Positions 15,357-23,079 of a DNA stretch of 24,000 bases are shown piece by piece; the stretch's first letter is position 1, and each line of letters starts with the position of its first letter. The notes under the pieces are model-generated. The model worked only from the letters and a program-made list of their open reading frames with translations, made no database searches and was not told the DNA's origin. The DNA lies in NCBI GenBank assembly GCA_019894795.1, contig JAGXNV010000003.1, positions 1 through 24,000 of the forward strand, read 5' to 3'. The stretch comes from Candidatus Heimdallarchaeota archaeon. Its GTDB lineage: Archaea > Asgardarchaeota > Heimdallarchaeia > Heimdallarchaeales > Heimdallarchaeaceae. The translations under genes were made by a program, and so were the position numbers.

Positions 15357-17173
15357 TTTCCACTCACCTTCTCAATGGCATCTTTAGGACACCTATTGTA
15401 ACACATTTCGCAATGCGTGCATAAACGACAATCAATTCTAAAAGAAGTTTCTTTACTACCCATTATAGCTTCAACGGGGCAAATTCTGGCACAAAGACCA
15501 CATTTAATGCACATTTCTTCATCTATTACAAATGTATAAAGCTCTGTACAGGTACGAGCTCTACATCTCAAGTCAGTGATGTGTTCTTCATATTCATGTC
15601 TAAAATGTTTAAGAGTGGACAAAATTGGATTTGGAGCAGTTTGACCAAGAGCGCAGAGCGAGGTGTCTTTAATAACATAACATAACTCTTCAAGATCATC
15701 TAAATCTGATAAATCAGCTTCCCCTATAGTTATTCTTTCTAATATTTCTAATGCTCGGAGTGTTCCTTCACGACAGGGAGTACATTTTCCACATGATTCT
15801 TTTTGTGTGAAAGCAAGAAAATACTGAGCTAAATCGACCATACACGTATTTTCATCAGCTACAACCATTCCTCCAGAACCCATTATTGATCCTTCAGCTT
15901 GTAATGTGTCAAAATCCACACTTAAGTCTAGTTTTGAAGCTGGAAGGCAACCTCCAGATGGACCACCTGTTTGAACAGCTTTGAATTCTTTATCATCCAG
16001 AATTCCTCCTCCTATACCAAAAATAATCTCACGTAAGGTTGTTCCCATTGGAACCTCTATCAAGCCAGAGTTTTTTACCTTTCCAGTCAGAGAAAAAATA
16101 GCTGTTCCTGTTGATGTTTTTACACCTACTTTTTTAAATTCTTCAACACCATTCTTCAAAATCCAAGCAGCAGCTGCCCAAGATTTCACATTGTTAATAT
16201 TTGTTGGTTTCCCCCATAATCCGGAAGTAGCAGGAAAAGGAGGTCTAGGTTTTGGTGTTCCTCGCTTTCCTTCGATTGATGCCATCAGTGCTGTTTCTTC
16301 TCCACAAACGAATGCACCAGCTCCTTCTTGAATAATTACATCAAAATCAAATCCGCTATCTAAAATATTTTTTCCTAAAAAGTTTAATTCTCTTGCATCT
16401 TTAACAGTTTTACGAAATCTATGAACAGCTAAGGGGTATTCTGACCTTACATATATTATCCCATTTGACGCCCCAATAGCATAACCACCTATTATCATAC
16501 CTTCTAATACACTATGTGGATCTGCTTCTAGAATACTTCGATCCATGAACGCACCAGGGTCACCTTCATCAGCATTACAAATTACATATTTCTCCTTCCC
16601 TGGAGCATTTCGGCAGAATTCCCACTTCAAACCTGTTGGGAATCCTGCTCCTCCTCTACCTCGCAATCCAGATTCCTTGATTGCTTCGATTACTTCTTCA
16701 GGTTTCATAGAAAAAGCTTTCTTCAGGCCAGAATATCCTCCAAAATGAAAATATTCCTCAATATTTTCTGGATTTATATGACCACAATTTTCTAAAATCA
16801 TTCTTTTTTGTTTTGCATAGAAATCAATCTCATTGTATTTTTCTATTTTCTTTCCAGTTTTAGGATCTTCATAGAATAACTCTTCTACTGGTTCATTGTT
16901 CTTAAAATGAGATTCGACTATTTTTTCAACATCTTCAACTTTTACTTTACAATATAGTGTTTCCTCAGGTTTAATAAAAACTAAGGGGCCTTGAGCACAG
17001 AAACCATGACAGCCTGTGAAAGTTACTTCTATTTTTTCATGAATACCTGCTTTAATTATCTCTGATTCAAATTTCTTTCTAATTTCATTGGATTTTGAAG
17101 AAATACACCCTGTTCCTTGACAAATTAAGATTCTTCGTTCATGGTTCTTCTTCTTTGGGTTTCCATTAGTCAT
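15350..17173 (-). CDS. NuoF-like NAD(P)H-binding flavoprotein subunit (HydB/HylB-type) with extra Fe-S domains
   Basis: N-terminal thioredoxin-like [2Fe-2S] domain (CQGTGC...CHGFCAQGP). FMN/NADH motifs GRGGAGFPTGLKW and CNADEGDPGAF. NuoF [4Fe-4S] motif ESCGKCTPCREG. C-terminal 2x[4Fe-4S] ferredoxin domain (CIKCGLCARICP, CTHCEMCYNRCP). Confidence 0.9.
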   Translation of the reverse strand: MTNGNPKKKNHERRILICQGTGCISSKSNEIRKKFESEIIKAGIHEKIEVTFTGCHGFCAQGPLVFIKPEETLYCKVKVEDVEKIVESHFKNNEPVEELFYEDPKTGKKIEKYNEIDFYAKQKRMILENCGHINPENIEEYFHFGGYSGLKKAFSMKPEEVIEAIKESGLRGRGGAGFPTGLKWEFCRNAPGKEKYVICNADEGDPGAFMDRSILEADPHSVLEGMIIGGYAIGASNGIIYVRSEYPLAVHRFRKTVKDARELNFLGKNILDSGFDFDVIIQEGAGAFVCGEETALMASIEGKRGTPKPRPPFPATSGLWGKPTNINNVKSWAAAAWILKNGVEEFKKVGVKTSTGTAIFSLTGKVKNSGLIEVPMGTTLREIIFGIGGGILDDKEFKAVQTGGPSGGCLPASKLDLSVDFDTLQAEGSIMGSGGMVVADENTCMVDLAQYFLAFTQKESCGKCTPCREGTLRALEILERITIGEADLSDLDDLEELCYVIKDTSLCALGQTAPNPILSTLKHFRHEYEEHITDLRCRARTCTELYTFVIDEEMCIKCGLCARICPVEAIMGSKETSFRIDCRLCTHCEMCYNRCPKDAIEKVSGKC

Positions 17174-17680
17174 TTATTTTTTCTCTCCTTTTTCTTCTTC
17201 CTTACGCATTTTTGTTAAAAGTTTTTGAAGTTTGTTTGGTGTCATTTGACCATGAACTTCACCATTAATTTGAACTACTGGTGCTAAAGCGCAGCACCCT
17301 AAACATGCAACTCTTTCGAATGTAAACAACTGATCTGAAGTTGTTTCCCCAGATTCGATACCTAAAATATTGTTTATAGTAGTAGTAAGGGTTGATGCCC
17401 CTTTTACGAAACAAGCTGTACCCATACAAACTGTAATAATATTTTTTCCGGGTTTAACAAGCTTAAAATGTTCGTAGAAAGTTAAAATGCCATAAATTTT
17501 ACTTAAGGGGATGTTTAATTCTGATGATAACAGCTCAAAAGATGCATGAGGCAAATATCCCTCATCTTTTTGAATTTCATTTAAAATCTGAATTAATGCA
17601 CTAGGATCTGAGTCGTATCTTTTTAAAATATCCCATATTCTGTGTGATTCGGTAGAAGACATTACAAAAAAGTGAAACAT
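17174..17680 (-). CDS. NuoE-like thioredoxin-fold [2Fe-2S] subunit (HydC/FdsG-type)
   Basis: ALIQILNEIQKDEGYL, CMGTACFVKG and CLGCCALAPVVQING are the NuoE cysteine pattern. The stop TAA abuts the ATG of the next gene (TAAATG). An alternative start is the ATG at 17662 (MSSTESHR). Confidence 0.85.
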   Translation of the reverse strand: MFHFFVMSSTESHRIWDILKRYDSDPSALIQILNEIQKDEGYLPHASFELLSSELNIPLSKIYGILTFYEHFKLVKPGKNIITVCMGTACFVKGASTLTTTINNILGIESGETTSDQLFTFERVACLGCCALAPVVQINGEVHGQMTPNKLQKLLTKMRKEEEKGEKK

Positions 17681-17804
17681 AAGTAATACTTAATCTTTGC
17701 TGATAACTTTAAAGATTTTTTATATAAATCAATAATAACCATTGTTTATTTACAACACCTATAAGGGAAATAACTTTAAAACTAGCTATAAAATTGTCTC
17801 CTAG

Positions 17805-18839
17805 ATGAAAACTACTCATAAGGTTTACTTTCAGAACTCACAAAGCCTGTGTAATTTGGAAAATGAATCTATTCATTTGGTGATAACGAGTCCTTTATAT
17901 CCTATGGTCAAGATGTGGGATGATAATTTTTCTTTGCTGAATCCCAAGATAAAACTTGCTTTAAAAGCTCAAAATGGCAAAGAAGCTTTCGAACTAATGC
18001 ATAAAGAATTGGATAAAGTATGGAATGAAGTATACCGTGTTCTGAAGCCTGGAAGTATTGTTTGTATTAACATTGGTGATGCCACTAGGAGTATAGGTGG
18101 CGATTTTAGTTTGTTTCCTTCACACTCAAGAATTATTTTTCATTGTTGTGAAATTGGATTTAGTTGCTTACCACATATTATATGGAATAAGCAGACCAAT
18201 GCACCTAACAAATTTATGGGATCCGGTATGCTACCTCCAGGTGGTTACATTACATTAGAGCATGAATTTATTTTGATCTTCAGAAAAGGAGGAAAACGGG
18301 AGTTTAAAACTATTGAAGAAAAAAGAGAACGATTTCTAAGCCCCTATTTTTGGGAAGAGAGGAATATGTGGTTTTCTAATATATGGGATCTTAGGGGAGT
18401 TCATCAATCTTTAAAAAATAATAAAGTAAGAGCTAGAAGTGCAGCTTTTCCTTTTGATCTTGCTTATCGTCTAATTAATATGTTTTCTCTTAAAGGTGAT
18501 ACTGTTCTAGATCCTTTTCTAGGAACAGGAACTACCACTTTAACAGCTATGGCATCTGCAAGAAATAGTGTTGGTATGGAAATAGAAGAGAATTTTCGAG
18601 AGATTATACAAGAAGGAATAGCAAATATTGTAGAATATGCAAATCAATACAATGAAGAAAGAATTCAGCGTCATATTGAATATGTTTCAAAGCGCAACGA
18701 AAACCAAAACAAAATCAAATATATTAACAAGCATTATGGGTTCCCAGTCATTACAAAACAGGAATTGGAATTTAAATTAAATATATTGAAAGAAGTACGA
18801 ATTGATGAAGACAGCTTTGAAGTAGAGTATGTTGATTAA
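17805..18839 (+). CDS. Beta-class N4-cytosine/N6-adenine DNA methyltransferase (N6_N4_Mtase family), apparently orphan
   Basis: Motif IV is N-terminal (HLVITSPLYPM, an SPLY variant of S/DPPY). Motif I is C-terminal (VLDPFLGTGTTTLTAMASARNSVGMEIE). This IV-then-I order defines the beta class. Neither neighbour looks like an endonuclease. Confidence 0.8.
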   Translation: MKTTHKVYFQNSQSLCNLENESIHLVITSPLYPMVKMWDDNFSLLNPKIKLALKAQNGKEAFELMHKELDKVWNEVYRVLKPGSIVCINIGDATRSIGGDFSLFPSHSRIIFHCCEIGFSCLPHIIWNKQTNAPNKFMGSGMLPPGGYITLEHEFILIFRKGGKREFKTIEEKRERFLSPYFWEERNMWFSNIWDLRGVHQSLKNNKVRARSAAFPFDLAYRLINMFSLKGDTVLDPFLGTGTTTLTAMASARNSVGMEIEENFREIIQEGIANIVEYANQYNEERIQRHIEYVSKRNENQNKIKYINKHYGFPVITKQELEFKLNILKEVRIDEDSFEVEYVD

Positions 18840-18889
18840 TCCTTAAACTTATTAGTTGGGTTTTTTCTGTTTCAACATAACTAACTGAT

Positions 18890-19753
18890 GTGCTTGATTT
18901 GTCCATAAAAACAAGAGTAGCAATTATCATACCTGAACCAGATTTAGCTGCAAATACTATCTGGAACGAACTGTACAATCAATCTTATTTCAAAGAAACA
19001 AATCAGCAGTTTGATGATAAACCAGTTTTCCAGCACACTAAGTATCTGAATGATATTAAAATTCTTCATTCAAAGAAGGATGGTGTAGCAAGCAATCACC
19101 TTGATTCTGAAATAGAAGCTGAATTGTACATATTCGCAAGTAGACACAGGGCAGCATCAGGAACACCAGCTCTATTAATTCACCCAACAGGCAATTGGAA
19201 TCAGATCACACTAGAAGGTAGGGAGAAAGAACTCTCTTATACATCAGCTTTTGCACTCAAACATGGGTTAAAGAATTTGGTTTTAAAACAAGAAGAATTT
19301 GGTTTGGAAGATTTCAAAGTGGATTTGGAAGTTACGCATCACGGTCCAACCGAACTTAAGACACCTCTTGTTTTCATGGAACTAGGCAGCAGTGAAGAGT
19401 TTTGGGTGAATAGTAAAGCTGCTTTAGCAGTTGGACAAGCAATAATGGAAACAGCTGAAGAGTTTATCAAAAGGAGCAAATTCAAAGGTATCAGCTATAT
19501 TGGCTTTGGAGGAAATCATTATGCATACAGATTTCGTAAGCACGTTGTAGCAAATGAAGAAGTATATGTCAGCCATATAGCAGCTAAACATACATTGGAT
19601 AACCTGACTGATGCAATAATCTTGGAAGCTTTTGAGAAAACAATTGAAAAACCAAAAGGAGCTCTTATCGATAAAAAAGGAGCAAAATCGGAACAAAGAA
19701 AGAAAATAATTGAGATTGTGGAAAGTAGTGGAAAAGAATGCATTCAAATTTAA
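18890..19753 (+). CDS. dtdA: D-aminoacyl-tRNA deacylase, archaeal type (DTD2)
   Basis: AALLIHPTGNW and EVTHHGPTELKTPLVFMELGSSEEFW match the DTD2 (tRNA_deacylase) signature blocks. The size of ~287 aa is typical. The start is uncertain: GTG at 18890, with no in-frame ATG nearby. Confidence 0.75.
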   Translation: MLDLSIKTRVAIIIPEPDLAANTIWNELYNQSYFKETNQQFDDKPVFQHTKYLNDIKILHSKKDGVASNHLDSEIEAELYIFASRHRAASGTPALLIHPTGNWNQITLEGREKELSYTSAFALKHGLKNLVLKQEEFGLEDFKVDLEVTHHGPTELKTPLVFMELGSSEEFWVNSKAALAVGQAIMETAEEFIKRSKFKGISYIGFGGNHYAYRFRKHVVANEEVYVSHIAAKHTLDNLTDAIILEAFEKTIEKPKGALIDKKGAKSEQRKKIIEIVESSGKECIQI

Positions 19754-19810
19754 GAAATATAGATTTTGAGTAGAAAAAACTTCTTGTTAATTTGCAGATA
19801 AGTGTGGTTC

Positions 19811-19819
19811 TTTTATATG
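19811..19819 (+). promoter_or_regulatory. TATA-like box upstream of the SDR gene
   Basis: TTTTATATG is centred about 30 nt upstream of the ATG at 19845. Confidence 0.35.
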
Positions 19820-19844
19820 CTATTTTAGGTAAGCTTATGATTCT

Positions 19845-20690
19845 ATGAATGCTGAGGATCTTACAATTATTATCACTGGGGCTTCATCTGGGATAGGGAA
19901 AGCAGTAGCTTTAGAGCTAGCAACATTTAAACCTACAATGGTTATTGTTGCTAGAAGGCAAAGAAACCTGATGAAAACTGCGCATCTATTAAAGAAAAAG
20001 GGAGTCAAAGTGTTGCCGATTATAGGTGATGTTAGAAACAGGGATGATCAAGAAAGAATAGTTAATCTTACAATGAAAGCGTTTGGGAGCATTGATATTT
20101 TAATCAACAACGCGGGATTGGGAAAGACAAACTTGTTTATTGATCAACCAGAGTCGGAAATTGATGAGTTAATAGAGACTAATTTATTAGCACTAATCAA
20201 ACTTACCCGTAAAGTCTTACCAATAATGAAAGAGCAGGGAAGAGGACATATTATCAACCTTTCTTCGACATTAGCATTAATCCCACCATATCCATTGGCG
20301 GTGTATAGTGCAACTAAGGCTGCAGTCAAAACATTTAGTGACTGTATCAGAGAAGAAGTGAAAGAATATGGAGTAAAGGTCTCAACAGTATTTCCTGGTC
20401 CTTACAAAACTGAATTCAGTAAAGTAGCAGGTTACGGTGATTCAGGTTTTCAAGGATATGAAGTAACAAAATTAGCTAAAAATATTGCTAAACTTGTAAC
20501 CAAACCTAAAGATGATTTAATTAAACCATGGTTCTTCATACCTCTTGTATGGCTGACTAAATTCTCAAAATTCATGAGGAAGAAAGTCATAGCAGGAATA
20601 GCTGATACAATAATGGTTGCTAAAAGAGAATCGGATATAATACAAGAAACTAAGCAGAAGAAAGAAGAAGTTGAAGTTATAGCAAGATAA
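19845..20690 (+). CDS. Short-chain dehydrogenase/reductase (classical SDR)
   Basis: Cofactor motif TGASSGIGKA, NNAG, catalytic Ser plus YSATK (YxxxK), and PG downstream. Confidence 0.85.
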   Translation: MNAEDLTIIITGASSGIGKAVALELATFKPTMVIVARRQRNLMKTAHLLKKKGVKVLPIIGDVRNRDDQERIVNLTMKAFGSIDILINNAGLGKTNLFIDQPESEIDELIETNLLALIKLTRKVLPIMKEQGRGHIINLSSTLALIPPYPLAVYSATKAAVKTFSDCIREEVKEYGVKVSTVFPGPYKTEFSKVAGYGDSGFQGYEVTKLAKNIAKLVTKPKDDLIKPWFFIPLVWLTKFSKFMRKKVIAGIADTIMVAKRESDIIQETKQKKEEVEVIAR

Positions 20691-20691
20691 C

Positions 20692-22074
20692 TTATTTCTC
20701 AGCCAATTTTTGCAATAACTTAATGCTGGTCTTTACGCCTTTGTCAAACCATTCAGTCATCAAATTCTCGTTTGGGGCATGATTAGCTTCGTCTGGTTGA
20801 GCATATGGAATAATATAGATTGGTTTCTTTGTGATCTTGTATAAAGAATATAATGGAAGACTTCCACCTGCAAGCAGCAGTTTCAAAGGTTTTTGTCCAA
20901 ATCCTTCTTCAATAGCTTCAGAGAGCACCTTAGTCCAAGGTAATTCAAGAGGAGTAAACAATGGCTGGAAACTTGCACCAAAACTAATTTTACATTTATC
21001 CAAAACATGAGCCATCCTTTCAGATTGACCCCTTAGCTTATCTAGATGAGCAAGGATCAGAGACTCCATTTTTTCTGGTGTTTGGTTAGGCACCATCCTA
21101 ATATCGATTTCTACAACTGCTTCACGGGGGATAATGTTTTTAGCATTCTCTCTAATCTCTCCGGATTTAAATCCTCGAATGTTAAGGGTTGGTCGAAACA
21201 TCACTCTATGAGTTAAAGGTTGATCCTGTTCTTCACCAAAGTAGGATATGCCTAATTGTTTCTTGTATATTTCAGGGTCACGATTAAGATTTTCTGCAGC
21301 TTTTAGTGCTGCTTCAGTAGGTACAAAAACATCATCGTAAAACCCTTCGATCAAACATTTGCCATTTTCATCTCTCATGGTTTGTAGAATAGCTAGTAAA
21401 TCCCAAGCAGGATTGGGTTGGATACCACCAAAATTTCCACTATGAACATCACTATCGGCAGATTGCAACTCAATTCTTAAAGTCTGTATACCTCTTGCAC
21501 CAAATTCGAGTGTGGGTTTCCAGGAAGGATCAGCAGGACCATCAGAAACAAGAATTAAATCAATATCGTCAAAAAACTCCCTTCTCGTATTCATGGCGTC
21601 TTCAAGATGAAAAGAGCCTAATTCTTCTTCTCCATCGAAAATGAATTTTACAGATAATCCAAGTTCATTAACTTTATGCAAACATTTTATGGCACAATAA
21701 TGAGCATAGAACTGCCCTTTATTATCACCAACTCCACGAGCATAAATCCGTCCCTCACGTATTTCTGGTTCAAAAGGTGGTGAGTTCCACTTGTCTAGAG
21801 GTTCAGGGGGTTGAACATCATAGTGGCCATAGAAAAGTAAGGTTGGTGTATCCTTCTGGTGTATTTGGGGTTTCCATTCTGCAAGAACGACAGGATTGCC
21901 TTTTGTTTGAATTATCTCAACATAGTCTGCGGTTTGTTCTAGTGTCTTCTTTAACCATTCAGCTGCTACTTCCACATCTTCGTTGTTTTTTGTTATGCTG
22001 GCGATTCGAAGCAACTCAAACAGTTCATCATAAAAATTCTGCTTATTAGCTCGAAAAACTTCAATTGGTTTCAT
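20692..22074 (-). CDS. M20 family metallopeptidase (dipeptidase / ArgE-DapE-CNDP-like)
   Basis: LLFYGHYDVQPPEPLDKWNSPPFEP...GRIYARGVGDNKGQ and the acidic pair GEEELGS are the M20 metal-binding and catalytic blocks. A central dimerisation-domain-sized insert is present. Confidence 0.8.
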   Translation of the reverse strand: MKPIEVFRANKQNFYDELFELLRIASITKNNEDVEVAAEWLKKTLEQTADYVEIIQTKGNPVVLAEWKPQIHQKDTPTLLFYGHYDVQPPEPLDKWNSPPFEPEIREGRIYARGVGDNKGQFYAHYCAIKCLHKVNELGLSVKFIFDGEEELGSFHLEDAMNTRREFFDDIDLILVSDGPADPSWKPTLEFGARGIQTLRIELQSADSDVHSGNFGGIQPNPAWDLLAILQTMRDENGKCLIEGFYDDVFVPTEAALKAAENLNRDPEIYKKQLGISYFGEEQDQPLTHRVMFRPTLNIRGFKSGEIRENAKNIIPREAVVEIDIRMVPNQTPEKMESLILAHLDKLRGQSERMAHVLDKCKISFGASFQPLFTPLELPWTKVLSEAIEEGFGQKPLKLLLAGGSLPLYSLYKITKKPIYIIPYAQPDEANHAPNENLMTEWFDKGVKTSIKLLQKLAEK

Positions 22075-22138
22075 GTTTTGACAAATGTAACATAGAGTTA
22101 TTATATAAAAATAAATGCAAGCAAAGATTCATTAGATC

Positions 22139-22786
22139 TTAATTAGAGCTTAAACATTTCTCTAGCTCATCTTTTAATTCCTGAAAATTGAGCAGTGTAT
22201 TAAGCCGTATATACTCACTCACAACACCTTGCAACTCATCATGAGGGAGATTTCCTGCAATTCCAGCAACTTCATCAGGAAACTCACGGAAGAGTTTGTC
22301 TATCCCTTGAACATCACAAGAATGGAATTTTTTTAGTATTCCTTCAAAACACTCTGCTGACTTTTCTGGAAAATTATGTGTTAAACTAAAGAATTTTGCA
22401 AGAATCTTTGATTGTTTCTCAATTAAGTCATCATATTCTTGACCTTCGGTTTTTGCTCCTGTGTGAAAGAACTTTGCAGTTCTTGAAAATAATTTTTCTG
22501 TCATTGATTGACCCTTATACACTCTCTTACCAATCTCAATAATTAACCCAGCTTCTTTCAAAGTATGAAGATGCCTGTACAAAGTTTTATCGGGAGGCAA
22601 GGTACTAGCATGCTTTGTATACTCTTCTTTAATCTCTTTGAAAGTTTTATATCCTTCTCTTAGAACCTTTATAATTGGAAAATAAAGCGGATTGAACATC
22701 TTTTTTACTGTTTCCTCATTATCAATGAACATAACAGATTCTTGCTCGTCTTCTAATATATCTTGGAATGTCATATTATCAGCCAA
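22139..22786 (-). CDS. Winged helix-turn-helix transcriptional regulator (ArsR-like N-terminal domain plus uncharacterised C-terminal domain)
   Basis: PIIKVLREGYKTFKEIKEEY...LYRHLHTLKEAGLIIEIGKRVYKG has the helix-turn-helix-plus-wing pattern of ArsR/PadR-like wHTH proteins. It is divergent from a transporter gene. The 22786 start is a TTG, and an ATG lies at 22774. Confidence 0.55.
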   Translation of the reverse strand: MADNMTFQDILEDEQESVMFIDNEETVKKMFNPLYFPIIKVLREGYKTFKEIKEEYTKHASTLPPDKTLYRHLHTLKEAGLIIEIGKRVYKGQSMTEKLFSRTAKFFHTGAKTEGQEYDDLIEKQSKILAKFFSLTHNFPEKSAECFEGILKKFHSCDVQGIDKLFREFPDEVAGIAGNLPHDELQGVVSEYIRLNTLLNFQELKDELEKCLSSN

Positions 22787-22821
22787 AATTCATTTTAACA
22801 GTTTACAAAAGAATATATAAG

Positions 22822-22936
22822 GTTTCTCATCTAAACTGATACTAATTCTCACTCAATATGAGAAACATTTAAATACATGTTATTCTTATGTAATGTGAGA
22901 ACTATTCTCATACAAACTGAGAATTAGGTGAGAAAC
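22822..22936. promoter_or_regulatory. Cluster of seven TGAGAA/TTCTCA hexamers (candidate operator array) in the divergent intergenic region
   Basis: TTCTCA occurs at 22824, 22846 and 22905. TGAGAA occurs at 22859, 22896, 22918 and 22929. They form inverted pairs: GTTTCTCAT (22822-22830) with ATGAGAAAC (22858-22866), TTCTCA-n7-TGAGAA at 22846-22864, and TGAGAA-CTA-TTCTCA at 22896-22910. A TATA-like TTATATATT (minus strand, 22813-22821) lies immediately beside the first site. Confidence 0.5.
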
Positions 22937-23041
22937 ATGGTATCAAGTAGAAAGAAACAAGATCAAATCAAAATAGATTGGCGTAAAGAGAGGCAAGCTT
23001 CATTCGAAAAGTTCATCTTATACAGGGGAAGCTTGCAATAA
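22937..23041 (+). CDS. Possible small basic protein, 34 aa (MVSSRKKQDQIKIDWRKERQASFEKFILYRGSLQ)
   Basis: Not in the ORF track because it is too short. The ATG is preceded by AGGTGA with 5-nt spacing, the same arrangement as the transporter start downstream. There is no other support. Confidence 0.3.
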   Translation: MVSSRKKQDQIKIDWRKERQASFEKFILYRGSLQ

Positions 23042-23079
23042 TTTTTTTCTTTATCAAAATTGAAATTTAGGTGGAAATA

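Noticed and set aside
17681-19753. A restriction endonuclease partner for the methyltransferase.
   Set aside because: The upstream neighbour is the divergent nuoE-like gene. The downstream ORF has clear DTD2 signatures (THHGPT, ELGSSEEFW). There is no unassigned ORF of suitable size.
1855-22049. Short nested or antisense ORFs inside large genes: 1855-2052, 3879-4097, 4317-4544, 7285-7488, 8125-8379, 9016-9315, 14077-14280, 15981-16331, 16545-16748, 18772-18978, 19424-19747, 19519-19743, 20144-20329 and 21777-22049.
   Set aside because: Each lies wholly within, or antisense to, a longer ORF with clear family motifs. None has a recognisable motif or start context.
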